Shown: positions 33,676 through 48,129, counted from the first letter of the stretch. The stretch is DNA of 64,000 bases from Selaginella moellendorffii (GCF_000143415.4 NW_003314332.1:620001-684000), one strand, 5' to 3'. A program made the numbers and translations. The notes: generated from the letters alone by a model not told the origin.

Positions 33676-36600
33676 TTGCTCGAGTTCACTCTGCCTCAAA
33701 GTCCACCACTGTTGCAGTCAGGAAACGACCCTATCCAAACAGAGTAGGAGCTGTCTGTTTGGACTCCCCAAATAAAAATCACTTTTCTTCCTTATCAAGC
33801 TCCTCACCACCTTTCATCAAAGCCACCACCAATTCCCGCAACTTCCGCGTCCCATGTCTCCTTTCTTTCACCGGACAATCAGGACTCAAGGCTTTGGCGC
33901 TACTGGACTCGGGTGCAACTTCCTGCTTCATGGACACGGACTTTGCTGCCCGACATCACGTTCCTCTTTCTCCTACCATACGGGATCTGAGGGTTGAAGG
34001 CATCGGCGGGCATTTTGTGTCTCCATCTTCTGGACTTAGGGAAACGTTGCCCGTTCGAGTACACATCGGGTCCACCGTCACCGATATCGCCTTCAACATC
34101 ATCAACAGCAAGTCTTCCTCTGTGGTGCTCAGTCTTCCTTGGTTCCAACTACATCAGCCTCAGATTTGTTGGAAGGACTTACAGCTCATCTCTCCCACAT
34201 CATCATCTCCCACGGCTTCCCCTGGTGTTCATTGAGTCCGAATCAGGAAAAGTTCCCTAAACTCAAGTCGGGGTTCTGTTCCTGACTCTACGCAGTTTTC
34301 ATCCTCTTCTTTTTCCTCTCTTCCATCTTACACTGGACAGTATCCTCGTCTCATCATTCCATTTAGTTGTACCCCTCCTCCTATCTCCACAATCACTATG
34401 AAAGAACTCCTTCATGAAGAACCTCTTTTTCTTTTTGCTTTGCATGTTTCTCCTGTCAGTCTTCCTGAGAAGTATCATGATTTTGGGGATGTGTTTGACA
34501 AGAAAAAAGCTAGTGTACTGCCTGTTCATCGGCCTTATGATTGTCCCATTGATTTACAGAAAGGAGCGTCACCTCCGTGGGGGCCTATCTACGGGTTATC
34601 CCCATCCGAGCTTAAGGCCCTCAAAGAGTACGTGGATGAGAACCTTGCCTCGGGCTACATTCAGCATTCGCAGTCCCCGGCTGGAGCGCCTGTCTTCTTT
34701 GTCAAGAAGAAGGATGGGAGCTTGCGGCTAGTCATCGACTACCGAGGTTTGAACAAGGTGACTGTTCGGAACCGTTATCCGCTGCCCTTGATCTCGGACC
34801 TGTTGGAACGCCTCGGCGGTGCCCGCTTCTTCACCAAGATCGACCTCCGTGGAGCATACAACCTGATCCGGATCCGGCCTGGTGATGAATGGAAGACTGC
34901 GTTCCGAACCCGCTATGGCCACTTCGAGTACACTGTCATGCCATTTGGCTTGACAAATGCTCTAGCGGTTTTCCAACACATGGCGAACGACGTTTTTCAG
35001 GAGTTTCTTGATCAGATGGTGATCGTCTACCTTGATGACATCCTCATCTACTCAAAAACTCAGGAGGAGCATGACGAACATGTTCGTAAGGTGCTAGCGA
35101 AGCTGCGAGAACACGGCCTATACGCGAAGCTTGAGAAATGTTCCTTTGATCAGCAGTCTGTGGAGTTCCTTGGGTACATTGTCACTCCTGAGGGTATCAC
35201 GATGGATCCTGCTAAAGTCAAGACTATTCTCGAATGGGAGCCTCCACAATCAATGTCAGACGTTCAGGTTTTCCTTGGCTTCGCCAACTTCTACCGCAAA
35301 TTCATTGATCACTACTCTGACATTGTCCTTCCTCTCACACATCTCACTCGCAAGGATGTTCCCTTCTCTTGGTCTGCTGCTGCCCAGTAGGCCTTCGACA
35401 CACTCAAGGCGGCCTTCAGTTCTGCTCCTGTCTTGATCCATGCTGATTCCTCACAACCTTTCTTCATCGAGGCTGACGCCTCCGACTTTGCCATTGGTGC
35501 TGTGCTATCTCAACTCGGAGCGGATCACGAACTTCATCCGGTCGCTTTCCATTCTCGGAAATTCCAGCCTGCGGAGATCAATTACGAAATCCACGACAAG
35601 GAGCTTCTTGCCATCGTGGATTCCTTTGGAGAGTGGCGCCGTTTTTTGGAGGGGGCGAGCCATCAAACAACAGTCTGGACGGATCACAAAAATCTCGAGT
35701 ACTTTGCCACTTCCCGAGTTTTAAGCCATCGTCAAGCAAGGTGGGCACAATTCCTGAGTCGGTTTGACTTTGTTATCAAGTACAGACCTGGAAAGTTTCA
35801 AGGCCTTCCTGATGCTCTTTCAAGGCGCTCCTATCTCAGTCTCAGGCCTGGTAATCCTGCCTTCGATCAACAGGATCAAGTTATCCTCGGTCCTGATCGG
35901 CTTCAAGTTATGGCAATTTCCCTGGCCCCTCAGGACTCCTCCTTGATGGATGCAATCAGAAACGATCTTCAATCCGATGATCTTGCTAGCGACATTTTTC
36001 CCCATCTTCAGGCTGGACACCCAGTGACTCCCGACTGCCGGCGATTTGACGAGTTCGAGTTCTTAGATGGCTTATTGTACCGTGGGGAGCAGCTTTACGT
36101 TCCTGAAGGTGATGCTCGAAGGTTGATCCTGATGGCGTGCCACGATAGCCCGACTGCTGGTCACTTCGGCATTGCGAAAACCTATGAGCTAGTTGCACGG
36201 GACTTTTGGTGGCCTCACATGGACGACTACATCAAAGCTTTTGTTACCTCCTATGACACTTGTGCCCGGAATAAGGTACCTCGCCACCTTCCTTCAGGTT
36301 TGCTTCGTTCCCTTCCGGTCCCTTCAGGTCCTTGGGAATCCATCTCCATGGATTTCTTGAGTGATCTTCCGAGTTCTGGAGGCTTCAACAGCATTTTAGT
36401 CGTGGTGGATCGCTTCACAAAGATGGCGCACTTCTTGCCATGTACCAAGGAGTTTTCGGGCGAGGACATGGCAAAACTGGTATTCAGGGAAATTTTCCGA
36501 CTTCATGGGATTCCTACAGATGTGGTTTCGGATCGGGGGCCTCAGTTCATCTCTCATTTCTGGCAACGGTTTTTGCAGCTGCTTGGAGTGAAGGCCAACC

Positions 36601-37493
36601 TCTCTTCGGCATATCATCCTCAAACTGATGGGCAGTCCGAGAGAACAATTCAGACGTTGGAACAATTCTTGAGGTGCTTCATCAACTATCATCAGGATAA
36701 CTGGTTCGATATCCTTCCCCTTGCTGAGTTCTCCTATAACAACTCTGTTCACTCCTCTCTTCGAGTTTCCCCCTTCTTTGCGAACTCTGGCCGAAATCCC
36801 CGATTTAATCTCTCACTTCCTTCTCCATCTGAATCCTCTCGTTCAAATCCCCGCTCTGAATCATTTATCTCCAACCTTCAGGAAATCCACAACTCCATCT
36901 CCTTCCACCTCCATCGTGCTCAGGAATCTCATAAAACATTTGCCAATGTCCATCGTCAGGATTGTCCCCCTTACAATATCGGGGATAAAGTCTGGCTCCT
37001 TAGGCGAAATATCTCCACCACCAGGCCCTGTCCAAAACTCGATTTCAAATGCCTTGGTCCTTTCCCTATCACTGCCATCATTAATCCTGTCACCTATCGC
37101 CTTGCACTTCCCTCCTCATATCAAATTCACCCCATTTTTCACTCCTCTCTCCTTGAGCCTTATATTCCCAGTCCTATTCCAAATCGGGTCATTCCTCCAC
37201 CTCCACCAGTGCAGCTCGAGGATGGGTCTGAGTACGAGGTTCAGGACATCCTTGATTCCAAGATTTCACGATCTAAACTCTACTATCTGGTGGACTGGAA
37301 GGGTTACGGACCTGAGGAACGCACTTGGGAACCTGCGGACAACCTGATTCATTCTCCTGACCTTGTTCAGGACTTCCACTGCCGCTATCCTTCTCGTCCC
37401 AGTCCTCATTCTTTTTCTCCATCTCCCATCCCTCGCCGCTCATCTCATCCTCCTCTTCGTTCTCGTTCACATCCTCGTTCCACTCGTTCTTGA
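33654..37493 (+). pseudogene. pol: Pol (PR-RT-RH-INT-chromodomain) with two in-frame nonsense codons
   Basis: [35 protein letters not shown], chromodomain EYEVQDILDS..YLVDWKGYGPEERTWEP; one frame throughout with TGA at 34233 and TAG at 35388. Confidence 0.93.
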
Positions 37494-40400
37494 GGAGGGG
37501 GTGCTGTCAGGAATCCCCCAATTCTTGCCACATTCCTGACTCTCGCCGGATTCCTGACCTGTAGACCACATTCCTGACTCTCGAGACACTTCCCTATTTC
37601 TGACTCTCGAGACACTTCCCGATTCCTGAGTCTCGAGTCACATTCCTGATGATGATGTGGCGCCTCCTCGACCTCAGCTGTATTTAGGCCGTCCTCGATC
37701 CAAGAGTGGTGGAGCTTCATCAACCTATAGTATATATAGGTTAGCCTTGTTCCATTTCTCCACAATCTGAATCAACACTAGTCTAAGGCCTCTTCTTTGT
37801 TTTCACTAGCTTTTTCTCTTTGTCTTTAGCATTTTCCAGTCTTGATCTTGTTGGGGGTCTTGACAATGCACCTTGATATAAGGTGGCCGTCCATCCTATA
37901 AACTTGTCTAGAATGCCAATTCTTCAATAGCTTACAGGAATTCCCAATCCACTCTATCGTAGGCTTTTTTATAATCCAGAAGTATTATTGCCATCTCTAG
38001 TCCTTAGTCCTTTACTTGTTCTTGTGTGAGTAGCACTGTCAATATATTGTCTACCAACTGTCTTCCTTCCACAAATCCGTTCTAGGTGTTATGTATTGTT
38101 TCTAGTAGTATTGGTTGCAATCTCTTGGCTAACACCTTCACTACGATCTTGTATAGTGTGTTCAACATTGAGATCGGTCTCCAGTTCTTGATCAAAGATG
38201 CATCTCCCCTTGTTTTTGGGATGAGCGCAATTATTCCTTCGATTGCTCCTGGAGGCCACTGTCCCGTTCTCATCACCTCATTCCATGTGTTCAAGACTTC
38301 TGGCCGAATCCATTCCTAGTTTGCTTTATAGTACATTGGTGGCATTCCATCTTCCCCAGGCATCTTATCGTCGTTCAAGTCTCTGACTGCTTCCTCTAGC
38401 TCTTTCATCATGAAAGTTCTACACAAGGCTTGTGCTAAGGATTCATCTACTTTCTGGGGCACGGACTAGAGAACCTCATTCATGGCCTTTTTCCTTTCCT
38501 CATTCCATGGCTCCGCAATGAAGAGTCCTTGATAATATGTCTCGGCCATCCTGTGCATCTCATGTAAGCTTGTGTGCATCTCCCCTTGGTTGTCCTTGAG
38601 CCCGAACATTTGTAGAGACATAACTTTTGATTTTAAGGATTTATAGAACTCCTTGTTCAGTGCATTCTCACTAATGTGCCATTTGAGGTGCCCCGACCTT
38701 ATGAATGCCTCCATCTTTTCTGCTTCTAAGGTGAAAAGTTGATCTTTTGTCTTTGCTAACTGAGTTCTCAATGTTTCATCTTGCAAGCTAAGTCTGATTA
38801 GTCTCTTGATAGTTTCGATATTCCTTCTTATTGCTTGCACTTTGTAGAAGACTTTTCTTCACTTGCTTTGTGTTTTTTTTCCAGATCTCATTGGCAATCC
38901 TTATCGTGAACTTATGCAAATCCCCTCCCCCTTGTTGATTCCACTTCTCTTTTATATATCCATTGATATCCCCATCCTCAAAGTTTTTCCTTGATATTGG
39001 CAAAAAGGCCTCTTTGTTCCCCACCTTTTTAAGATGGGGAGCGTCATTGATACCAAGTTGTGGTCTGAGAAATCTCTATATCCTATGGCTATGTCCAGCT
39101 TTCCACTATTCTAACACAACTCAAGTGACACATAAAACTAATCTAGTCTTTGTTGGATTCCCCTTTGTTGGTGTTCTTGCCATGTGTACCTTGGCTGGTG
39201 TTGCACAAAACCGGGGATGTTGTGTGTATCTTCAAGTCCCAGCGCAAGCACTAGTTGTACCCATGTTGCTCTTTCTCTTTTTGTCCTCTTTTCTCTCTTT
39301 TCCCCCTTCTTTGTCTAGCTCTTCTTCCACGAAGTTGAAGTCCCTAGTGACCATCCATGTCAAAGGTTATGTAGGTAGTTGGCATACTAACTCATTATAA
39401 AAGTCTGCCCTTTCAGAGGAGCTTCCAACTGGCACATACACATTCAGGAGGCCCACTAACATATCCCTGATCTTAAATTGAACACACTGCACTCTACCTA
39501 GTACCAGTATTGCATGATCTTCCACCAAGGATTCCCATGAATCTTTTACCACTATTAGTGTACCTTCACTAGTGAGACTGCCAGATTCTAGAAATATTTT
39601 CCCTTTGTAAACTTATAAACCAGGTCCACACTTGAGAGTCTATACTCTTGCACACACATGAAGTCAAAACATTGAGTCACTCCTATTTGTCTAAGGTATT
39701 GCCTAAACTTCGTTCTTTTATTATTCACTACTAATCTCTCCTTCTTAGACCTCCCACATTCCACATTCTTACATTGATGTTAACCATTGTGGAATCCTTG
39801 GGCGCTGACGAGACGCTGTCTCTCCACCCAATGATATGGTTCCATTGGACGGAGTGGCCATCCAAACAGGATTCTCACCGTTCCTCAAAACCTAGATGAG
39901 TTCAGTGCTTGCTCCATAAAATTATCTTCTCAAATTGAGAACCTTTGCAGATTCCAATTGAAGTTGTAGGCCAGTATATCTTCCAGGGTCCAGCCTATGT
40001 CTTGTCCTGGCGAGATCAAGATTGCAGTGGGGTGTATCCGACTCTGTTGTTGATCCACTCCCCTAGGAACTTGGGAGGGTTTATGCCACTAACATACAGT
40101 TCTATTTCACAAACTGCTCATCTTGGGGGAGTAAATCTTGGTGGGCAAATCCCTCTTGCAAAGTCCTCTATTCTTCCTGATCTTGAACAAGACTGTTGTT
40201 GTTCTGGCCCAGGAGCTCTCTATGTTGCTTGCTACAAGGGTAGCTCTCCCTTATCTTGGACAGTCTCTACTTTTGGGTCCGGTCCCCTTGCCTCCCCCCT
40301 CATGTGTCCTTCTAACACTCTTCTTGTCGACCTCCATTCTTTCCCTCTAGAAGAGCTCAACTGTCCCCTCTCCTGCTTGGTGACTATTGATTGCTCCCCT

Positions 40401-42594
40401 TGTCCCTCCTCCTTTTGCCCTCTGGTTTAAGGCTTCACGCATTCCGCACTCGAGGCTGCTTTCTCTGTTGCTTCTCTTCCTACTCTGGCCCCTCACTTCT
40501 TGCCTTTTGAACTGCTGGCCTCTTTTTGTTGTTTCTCCCTTGGTTCCTACATCCCCCCCATGCTTGTGCCTCTGGTCAAGCAGTTTTTCCCAATGTGTCC
40601 CTTCCATCAGCAGATGATGCACACACTTGGGTTTGGAAGTAGCATGACTCAAATCCTCCTCAACACGTCTCCCTTTTTTTTCTTGAGTTCTATCTCGAAA
40701 GGAATGCGTACTTCTCTTGGGATTCTGACCTTGACCATGACTCTATCTCCCATTGGCATTCCTTCCATCCTTATGAACGTGGTGAATTGTCTCAGTATTG
40801 CTGCCAATATTTTATCCTTTGCCAATGCCATGTCCATACCCTGTAGCTCAAAGTTAACAATCACTGATGGCAGGAGCAACATCCTTTTTTTTCTGAGGTG
40901 TGAAGTTGTTGTGGTATGCTCTAAAGAATAGCTGAAACTCCAATTGTGCATATGCATCCACTTGTAGTAGCTTATGTCGTGCTCTCTCGTCCTTAATGAC
41001 CACATTATAACATTTTTCCCTTAAGTCTTTCACATCTTCTGCTACTATCATGACCAACATATTGTGATATGCCAGTGCAGCACAGATCCAATCTGCTATC
41101 ACAAAACTTGCCAGGACCGTTCCTTCAACTATCACATGTATAGTTTGTTTAGCTCTTCTCGCTTGCAGCTTGTTCAACTCCTCCATAAACTCTTCTAGGT
41201 CCACTTCCAACACATCATTTGCTGACCCATGTGGCATTCTTGTTGGCTTCCTTGGTGGCATTATCTCCTCAATCTTTATTGGAGGTGGTCTGAACAGGAC
41301 TATGGGTGCATCTAGACAAACTAACATTTTTGAGTACTGTGGCAGCACCCTAGGGTACCCTATTTCTAGCCCTTGCTTCCCTTCTGGGGATATCACGACT
41401 TCTGGAGTGACTTCTTCCCAAAACCCTCTTGAGGACGATGCTTCCCATTGGCTTGCCTCCTCCCACTTCCCTTTTCCTTTATCTTCCCTCATTTTGTCAT
41501 GTAGTTCCTGCCCAATCAGTGCTTCATATGTTCGTGCTGCCAGCTCCACCTCACTTGGTCTCTCCTACCTGGCCTCCTACTCCTTCCCTTCCTTGCTGGC
41601 TTTTTCTTTTTCCCAGCCTACTTCTTCTTCCAGTAGCCACTTTGCTTCCTCTTCTACCAAGCATCTGGCCTCTTGCACTTTTCTTGCATTGGCTTCCTAG
41701 ATTGCCTTGAAACAAGGAGGGCCCTTGTCCAGCAGGCAGTACTGCTTAACCCTTCGCTTGATACTGGTTGGAGACCCTTCCGCTGCTTCCTTACCGATGG
41801 TTTCTTTTTCCACCCTTGCTACTACATTTTCTTCCCTCTTTCCTGGCGATTCGGTGGTGGAATTCCTTTTGGGCACTCTTGTGAGAGGCGCTCCCTCATC
41901 CTCACTTGATTCTGCTCTCCCTTTTGTTCTTGATGTTGACCAGCAAAACTTCTCCTACCAGTGCCTCTTCTGGATCAAGGACTTCCAGCAGCTGCACACC
42001 CTTGGGTCTCCCTCTTGCTGTGCTCATCCTTCCCATTGTCCTAGCTCGTGGCATCTTTTCCATGGTGTTTTCCCCTTTTTTCCCCTCTGACACTTGTGTT
42101 CCACTCAGCCCTCACTCTCTTTCCTCTTTCCCAGCCCTTCCTTCCCCTCCTCTTCGTCCTCAATCCTCTTTTCTTTTAGAGATTTTCTCTGGCCTTTCCC
42201 TTTCTCTTCCCTCTCGCTTACCCCTTTTCTTTTGTCTTCTTGCTGCCCATCGTCTATTATAGAAAACAATGCCCTCTGAATTGACAAGTCCCCTTTACAT
42301 AGCACTAACCCTGACTGCCATGTGTCATTTCTCCATTTGACGCCCGCTCCTCCACGTTTTTCTTCTCCCTTTCCTATCCATGTTGACAATGCATATGATT
42401 GTTTTCTCGGACTCCTCGGCTTCTCCTCGGATACCACCCTGCCACACGTCCCTTCCTTAGATTTTATGCATGTATTTTCCCCCCATGCACCTCCACGTGT
42501 CGCTCTACCCTTCTTCCCCTCTCTTCCGACAGTGACTTGCCTGATTCCTTTAATTCCCGCTCACTAGATGGTGATGTCATCCTCTCACGTGAAC

Positions 42595-43050
42595 TTTTAG
42601 CATTCGGATTGAGATGGTTATTTGCCATATCTTCAGTATGCATATGTCACAAGGGTGAAGAGTTTTGTTGGTGCTTCACTATATAAACTCTTTTATGGTC
42701 ATGATTCAATATTACCAATGGAGCTGAGTTTACCTTCGTGATTACCACAAGCTGCTAATGCTAGGTCGTGGGATCAGTATTTGATAAGCATTCTTCCACT
42801 TGTCTGAGTAGAGTTTGCTGAACATTTAAGCTGCGTATAAATGGGACAACATGGCGTTACAACTCCCATTATCATTCACCTGTGGAGTAAAAAATAGATG
42901 ATTTGGTATTAGTTTGTATTCCCCATTTTACGGTACGTGGTTTATTTAAGGGGCTCCTCACTCAGTGGAAAGGACCATATCAGGTGTTGCAGCAAGTTGG
43001 ACCGTAAGTTTATGAGGTTCGGCATGATGTCTAACAGGTTGATCCTCCAG
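42595..43050 (+). mobile_element. Old Gypsy integrase C-terminal fragment
   Basis: LPYLQYAY..YKLFYGHD and QWKGPYQVLQ (GPY motif), with stops. Confidence 0.6.
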
Positions 43051-43459
43051 AAATTAAATCAATAATCTCAAAATCTATAAAAAAAATTTATTTCTTGAAT
43101 TTCAGTTTACAACTTGATAGAGCTTAATGATGAAGTAAAACGAAATTCAGCTTATTTTTTAACTTTTACGTTAGTAATAATCCCCTTGCTCTTGAATGTT
43201 TCAGCTACACATTATATATATAGAATAATCTTGAGTTCTAATTAGAGATAATCAAGTTATAATTTAAACTATAAACTACTACTAAACTTATAATTACCAT
43301 TATCTATTTCGAGTATATTGTATGCAATGCTTAACATTATTTTGAGTCATGAAGTTGATAAAGTACATCTAAATGTTTTATTTATGGTTGAAATTTCAAA
43401 GTTTTTTTTACAAATAATACTTTTAACTATTGCAAGACATGATATTGATACTATTAACT

Positions 43460-43891
43460 AATAACCACAAGTTGAAAATAGAAGTATTGATAAGTTTGTA
43501 AGTGAGTTTGTTAATAAAATCTCATCCCTATGCTCTATCCGTACTCATTGATCTATTATCTAGTATAACTTGACCTCTTGGATAAAACATATTAAGGTAA
43601 TTGGTTCCTATATAATAGACAGCTTCTTTGAAGTCTTCATATGATAATGCATGGTAGACTCCAATACTAAGAAAACAACCTAAAGAGCCAACTCGGCCAC
43701 TATACACCCCTGGTATATAACCATAAGTAGCAAAATTATTCCATGTTCTAGATGCACACCTACAAAACTCTTCTGTATTAGTTCCACTATAAAATGTTCC
43801 AATACAGCTTTCAAAGGCTCTAGTGCTGTAAGATTGTGTCATTGTATAACATGCAAAAAAAATCATACTGATAGCAAAAGAGGATCCATAG
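43460..43891 (-). pseudogene. Frameshifted copy of the small secreted protein at 49643-50086
   Basis: Lies within the duplication 43075-44174 / 49240-50372; a 10-bp deletion after the ATG breaks the signal peptide, there is a Cys-to-Tyr change, and a short deletion frameshifts the C-terminus. Confidence 0.8.
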
Positions 43892-44174
43892 ATATATTAT
43901 AAAGAAATTTATGTGAGACAATGTTATTGGCTTATAAAAAATAAAAGATAATTCAATCCTAGTTCTCTTCAATGAGATGAGTTGATAAGAAAAGATTCTT
44001 CTATAATGATCAATAGTAAAACTATAAAATGTCATACTCATGCATTCTAAGACAAGACTGATGCTATGCCTGTCAAATAATTGTAAATGGTCTTAATTCA
44101 AACCTATTGACAAATGTTGCAATGCATAATATTTCAATTTTATTAGTTGAGGAGTTTGGTATTATATTCTAATG

Positions 44175-47100
44175 ATCGCTCCTATATATAAGCTAAGGTT
44201 TTTGGGCTAATTGATATGCACATTTTCTAAATTCCCTTTTCATATTCCACGCACTCATATTGGTGGAGTTGAAGGGCACCTTTGATTGTCTTTAAGGAGT
44301 GCTTGAATTTGGATTTTGGTTTAGATCTAACTTTTACATTGTCTAAATCTAGTTTTTTCCATTTCCTTTCTTTTGTTCTTTTCTTTCCATTTCTCTTCTT
44401 TTGCTCTTTCCTTTTTGTTCATTTTCATGGCAAATCAGCAATCTCTTCCTCCTTTGACTCTGAAGTAGTAATTGGTGCAATTGCTTAATGTTATGCGATT
44501 GCAATTGAACAACCAAACTTAGTTGATGGCAGCATTTATGGTACATGGTACAACTCCTCCTGCTCTTGGTGCCAATCCTTGTGTTTGGCTAGAGTTCTTT
44601 CACGGGAATCCTGGAGATGATGTATACCATTGGTTCAATCACTTCACATGATTGCCACATATCATTCTTGGGATAATGCTTGACATTTGAGTGAATTTCC
44701 CATGTGTCTCCAAGGGACGGCATTGCAATGGTACAATGGTTTGAGTGCAGCCACTCATGGGGATTGGAGTGTTCTCCCGGATGTCTTCAAACACATATTT
44801 GGACATGCTAACGGTTGTGATAATGCCTTCTAACAATTGTATTGTTTTCTTCAAAGGCCATCTAAGTCGGCGATGCAATTTGGCATTTGTTTCCAAAGCC
44901 TCTTACTTCGTGCGAAGCCAAATATGTCAAAGCGGATCAAATTAGGAATATTGTGGCCAGCACTTCGTTAAGATCTTTTTAGATTTATGCATGCACTTCC
45001 TCCAACCACCCTTGACGATGCTCTTCGTTTGGCACAACATTATGAGATGTCACCTCTTCCATTTCTCACTGCACATCCTTCAGCTCCACTTCCTGTGGGT
45101 GATGGTCTTGTTCTAATAGAAGTTGATGTTGTTGTTGCTCGAGTCCAAGGACAAGGGCGAGGACGTGGTCGTGGCTATGAAATTCGTTGTTGGCGTATGA
45201 TAAAGTTGGTTACATTTATCGGCGTTGTCAACATTTTCTAGATTGGCAGCCTCCATTTCTTGGGTGGAGACCTTAGTGTCAACAACATCCTATTGGTGTT
45301 ACTACAGTGGAAGGTCTGGACACCAAGATGCATCTGGGAAACGAGGAGTCGTGCAAGTAACGGAGGGACCTTGCGCGAATAAGTCAATAACCCCTCCATC
45401 TTTCCTTCGGGAGTATCATCAAGGGGTTCACTTTACACCAGTTCATTTAGTGTTTACTTTCCAAGCTCATTTTTATAACAAGTGGTCTCCTATTATTCTC
45501 TCCGTATTGGTTGATACAAGTTTGAGTTTATCTTCTATTGCTCGACCTGTTACCACATATTGCCATCTACACTTGCGTCGTGCGGTGGAGCCAATTTTTA
45601 TTCTTTATGGCAACGGTTGTACACATGCATGTGCATGGGATGAGGTGGACTTAGTTGTGCGTGTGGGTGATCTCAAGTTTGGGTTACAGTCATTGCGGAT
45701 GGTGTCGAGTCAAGCTTTTGATTTTATCCTTAGTATGGATTAGTTGCAACGCAATCATGCCAAGTGTGACTTTGAGACTTTTCCCCTTTGTCTCATACTT
45801 CTTTATATTTCATCCATTCCTCTCACTTCCATACCTTTTCGTCCCTTTGCTTCTACCTCTGCTTCTATTACTTTTGTTCCCCATTGCTTCTTCCTATGTT
45901 TCCATTTTGTTCTGCTCTTCCCTTTTCTAATCCCTTTGATAGTCTTTGTGTTGCAATGGTTGATCAGCTCATGAAAGAGTATTCTAATCTCTTTGTATTT
46001 AGTCTAGGGCTAAGATTGCCACACGTCATCCAATTCCAATTAGGGATGCTCGTTCAATCAAGGTCCCTGTTCGTCATCGGTCACCCAAAAATATCAAGAT
46101 TTTACATGCAAATGTGAAAGAGATGTTGGACAAGTGTGTTATTCGAAAGTCGCGGAGTCCTTGGGCATGTAAACCTCATCTTGTGATAAAGCCTGATGGG
46201 AGCACTCGTTTCTGTATTGACTACTGTTTGTTAAACGAAGTGACAATCCTGGATGTGTACCCTCTTCCTCACACTGTTGATCTCTTGGATCATCTGAGGC
46301 GAAATTATTTGTTCACCAAGCTAAATCTTGCTTTTGGGTACTAGAAAGTACTGATAGCCGAAGAATATATTCTTAAGACTACTTTTCATACATCATTTGA
46401 TTTGTATGAGTTCTTGGTGATGCCATTTGGTTTGAATAATGCTTTAGCGACGTTCTAGCGGATAATAGACAAGGTTCTTTACGATATGCCTGAGGTGACT
46501 GCTGACTTCATTAATGATGTCTTGATCCACTTGGAAAGGACGTGAGAGGAGCACATCCATGATGTTTGTAAAGTGTTAGATCAGCTACAGAATGTTGGTT
46601 TAAAATTGAAGTGATTAAAGTGCGTATTTGGGTCCAAGTACACGACTTATCTTGGGTACCATATTTCTCATGAGGGTTTGCAAGTTGATTTTGACAAACT
46701 TGAGGCTATTCTAAAATTTTCGAAGTGTGTGAATGATGTGCAGTGCTTCCTGGGCAAAGTGTAATATCTCGGTTGTTTTGTGGATCATCTTTCTGATTGC
46801 ACTGTACCATTGTGAGTGTTGTTGAAGTCATCAACGTCATTTTTCATTTAGTCTCCAACTTGTGAGCAAGTGTTCATGGATCTCAAAGAGTTATTGTTGA
46901 CTCCTCTAGTTTTGGCATATCCTGACTACATTCGACTTTTCATTTTGTACGTGGATGCCTAATGTTAATCTTGAAAGTGTGTTGATGCAAAAGAACTCGA
47001 GTGTGCCTAGTTAGCACCATCCCATTGCATATATAAGTTGTACATTACAACTACTAGAAGGTGATCATGTTGCCATTACTTCATTATTGAAGCGAAAGAA

Positions 47101-47810
47101 TCTAGTTGGTTGTACTACTCAGTGGGTTTTGAAGTTTTAGATATATGATTTTGATGTTGTTCATTTCCTAAGGAGTTCTATGGCTAATGTTGAGGCCCTT
47201 TCTCATGCTTCTCTTCCTTCTCCACTCTTTTCTCATATTTTTGACAAGTTTGTTGTTCCAATATTTGTGGATTTCTAGACAAGGATTCTATGCCATTGGT
47301 AGTTGTTGTACTTGATGTTCAGTGTCCACAAGGTGTAAAGCAAAATCTACTTTTCTTAATGAGGTTTGCAAGGCTTAAAAGATTGAGCCATGGATTCGAA
47401 GGCTTCGAGATGGGTTTGAGAATTCTACATCACTCGTTGATGACTCACCATTCCAACATTTACATTCTCAATATCATCTTGAAGACAGCATTCTTTATTT
47501 TGTGGGGATAGATCCTGATGATCATTTACAGTTGGTGGTGCCTTCTATCTTTATTCTATGGTTTCTCCATGGCTACCATGATTCTCTTTTTTGGGTGGGC
47601 ATATAGGACATCGTCGTATGATTGAGAAGCTACATAGGTCTTTCTATTAGCCGGAAATGCAATGTGATACTATCTGGTATGTACGTAGTTGCGTTTGGTG
47701 CCAAGCACGTAATACTCCCCCTTGGGCTACAAAAGGACGATTGGAGTCAATTGCAGTTTCCCATCCATTTAAGTTAGTGGCGTTTGATCTTATGGGACCT
47801 TTTGAAATCG
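44175..47810 (+). mobile_element. Highly decayed Ty3/Gypsy (LTR remnant, PBS-like TGGTGGAG, gag, PR, RT, RH, INT start)
   Basis: EFFHGNPGDDVYHWF, KPDGSTRFCIDY..VYPLP, YEFLVMPFGL, CVWCQ, VAFDLMGPF; many stops. Confidence 0.85.
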
Positions 47811-48129
47811 TATTAAAACCTTTTGAAAATTTAAAATCGTACTTATTGGGCATCCATATATATGTTCTTCCTTTTGTGGAGTATCCACAAATGAAGGTAT
47901 CCACCATGGGACTACGGTAGACATTGACATCTCTAAAAGATATAATCATAGGATGAGATTTGGATATATTATCACCATAGATTCTTAGAACCTCATTAAG
48001 CAATTGCTCTTTTTCCAATTAGTTTCCAATTGGCTTAATGGGAGAGAGATAAGGTGCATTACACATTACTCTTACTATGATATACAAGATATATCCCTTC
48101 TCTCTTATAGAATATTGCTTATACTAAAT

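Larger units (their letters stand above)
32344..37865 (+). mobile_element. Full-length young chromovirus (Tcn1/Tf1-sushi-like Ty3/Gypsy)
   Basis: LTRs 32344-32678 and 37505-37865 (TGTCA...TGACA, near identical apart from a 26-bp duplication), TSD ATGCA, PPT GAGGAGGGGG, gag and pol ORFs. Confidence 0.97.
29815..42590 (-). mobile_element. Decayed L1-like LINE (ORF1 with CCHC knuckle; ORF2 APE-RT-zf), interrupted by a Gypsy
   Basis: ORF1 CIIC*WKGHIGKNC; ORF2 start MVNINVRMWNVGGL at 39787, LLNVYVP; RT KNWRPISMLNTLYKI, VRQGCPLAPFLF, FMDDT; C-terminal WKGRWAANTRYFIW..CKMCGE. Ends approximate. Confidence 0.9.
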
